From positions 9,104 through 73,103 of the forward strand of contig JABJMC010000022.1 of assembly GCA_018659585.1 (NCBI GenBank): a DNA stretch of 64,000 bases. Reading direction: 5' to 3'. The notes beneath the pieces are model-generated. The model saw only the letters and a program-made list of their open reading frames with translations. It did not search any database and was not told where the DNA came from. This DNA is from Candidatus Peregrinibacteria bacterium. GTDB lineage: Bacteria; Patescibacteriota; Gracilibacteria; UBA1369; UBA12473. This document shows positions 63,500 through 64,000 of this stretch, piece by piece; position 1 is the first letter of the stretch, and each line of letters opens with the position of its first letter. The translations under genes were made by a program, and so were the position numbers.

Positions 63500-64000
63500 T
63501 TACCACTCCTGCTTCCTCCCCACTCTATCCCGATGATATTTACCAAATTCAACCTGTTCCCGCGCTAGTTTATGATCCATGACCGGACCTTTTAAACAAG
63601 TTGGCATGCCGCTTTCGTCAACAACGCACTGCCCACAAACTCCAAATCCACACTTCATATAGCGCTCCACACTTACCTGGCACGGAAGGTCATGTTTTAA
63701 AGCCAAATCCGAAACCGCGATCATCATCATTTCTGGTCCCACGGTTAACATTCGATCAACTTTTAACCCTTCATCCATTAATTTTTCAAGTAAAGGAACA
63801 TTGTAACCTTTGTGCCCCTCACTACCATCATCAGTTGCAACATGAACATTTGTGTCCGCTAACATCCCGGCCCGATTCAAAAACAATAAATTTTCTTTGT
63901 TGCGCGCTCCAACCACAAACTCCACTTTACAACCACGCTCCACCGCCTCATGTGCGAGGAAATAAAGCGGTGCCGCCCCATATCCTCCTCCAATTACCGC
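63500..64000 (-). CDS. pyrK: Dihydroorotate dehydrogenase electron-transfer subunit (PyrK-like), 5' end beyond the window
   Basis: The frame stays open to nt 64000 (AVIGGGYGAAPLYFLAHEAVERG...). The C-terminal 2Fe-2S motif is CGFGVCGQCVV...C. It lies adjacent to pyrE and pyrF. Confidence 0.75.
   Translation of the reverse strand, partial: AVIGGGYGAAPLYFLAHEAVERGCKVEFVVGARNKENLLFLNRAGMLADTNVHVATDDGSEGHKGYNVPLLEKLMDEGLKVDRMLTVGPEMMMIAVSDLALKHDLPCQVSVERYMKCGFGVCGQCVVDESGMPTCLKGPVMDHKLAREQVEFGKYHRDRVGRKQEW

Noticed and set aside
1-64000. Possibility of an alternative genetic code (UGA recoded, as in some CPR-related lineages)
   Set aside because: TGA terminates well-proportioned genes (2816-2818 and 3166-3168, with ATGA overlaps). 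All conserved proteins have normal lengths under the standard code.

Overview
AT-rich, gene-dense bacterial chromosome segment read with the standard code (TGA acts as a stop, e.g. at 2816-2818 and 3166-3168). It has three parts. (1) nt 1-13.9 kb is a surface-glycan island. It holds an Arn/Gtr-like polyprenyl-phosphate sugar module with an embedded sulfotransferase, a second sulfotransferase, and a CysQ PAP phosphatase. It also holds a 1010-aa coiled-coil/GT2/GT4 fusion carrying ten near-perfect 42-bp repeats, and a full GDP-D-glycero-D-manno-heptose pathway with two SDR tailoring enzymes. (2) nt 13.9-49.4 kb holds serS and a TIM-barrel isomerase, then one long co-directional block. Its order is rpoB-ssb-rpoC-rpsL-rpsG-(island)-fusA-tuf-(antisense orphan)-S10/spc/alpha ribosomal operons-secY-adk-map-(island)-infA-rpmJ-rpsMKD-rpoA-rplQ-rplM-rpsI. 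rpmD (L30) is absent between rpsE and rplO, Shine-Dalgarno motifs are rare, and many housekeeping proteins carry charged low-complexity tails. These traits fit a CPR/Patescibacteria-like organism, which is an inference. (3) nt 49.4-64 kb holds a 931-aa orphan protein, trmD, a large membrane protein, a P-type ATPase, rsmA, a REC-histidine-kinase hybrid and pyrF-pyrE-pyrK. The most unusual items are listed here. First, a 71-nt tRNA/tmRNA-TLD-like RNA with alanine identity features but no anticodon loop, plus a partial duplicate, sits in an island that splits rpsG from fusA. Second, the glycan module is linked to sulfation. Third, a small membrane-protein cassette between map and infA has about 93% GC3 and its own promoter and terminator. 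Fourth, ssb lies between rpoB and rpoC. I saw no rRNA, canonical tRNA, CRISPR array, transposase or integrase. All similarity statements come from reading motifs by eye and memory; no searches were run.
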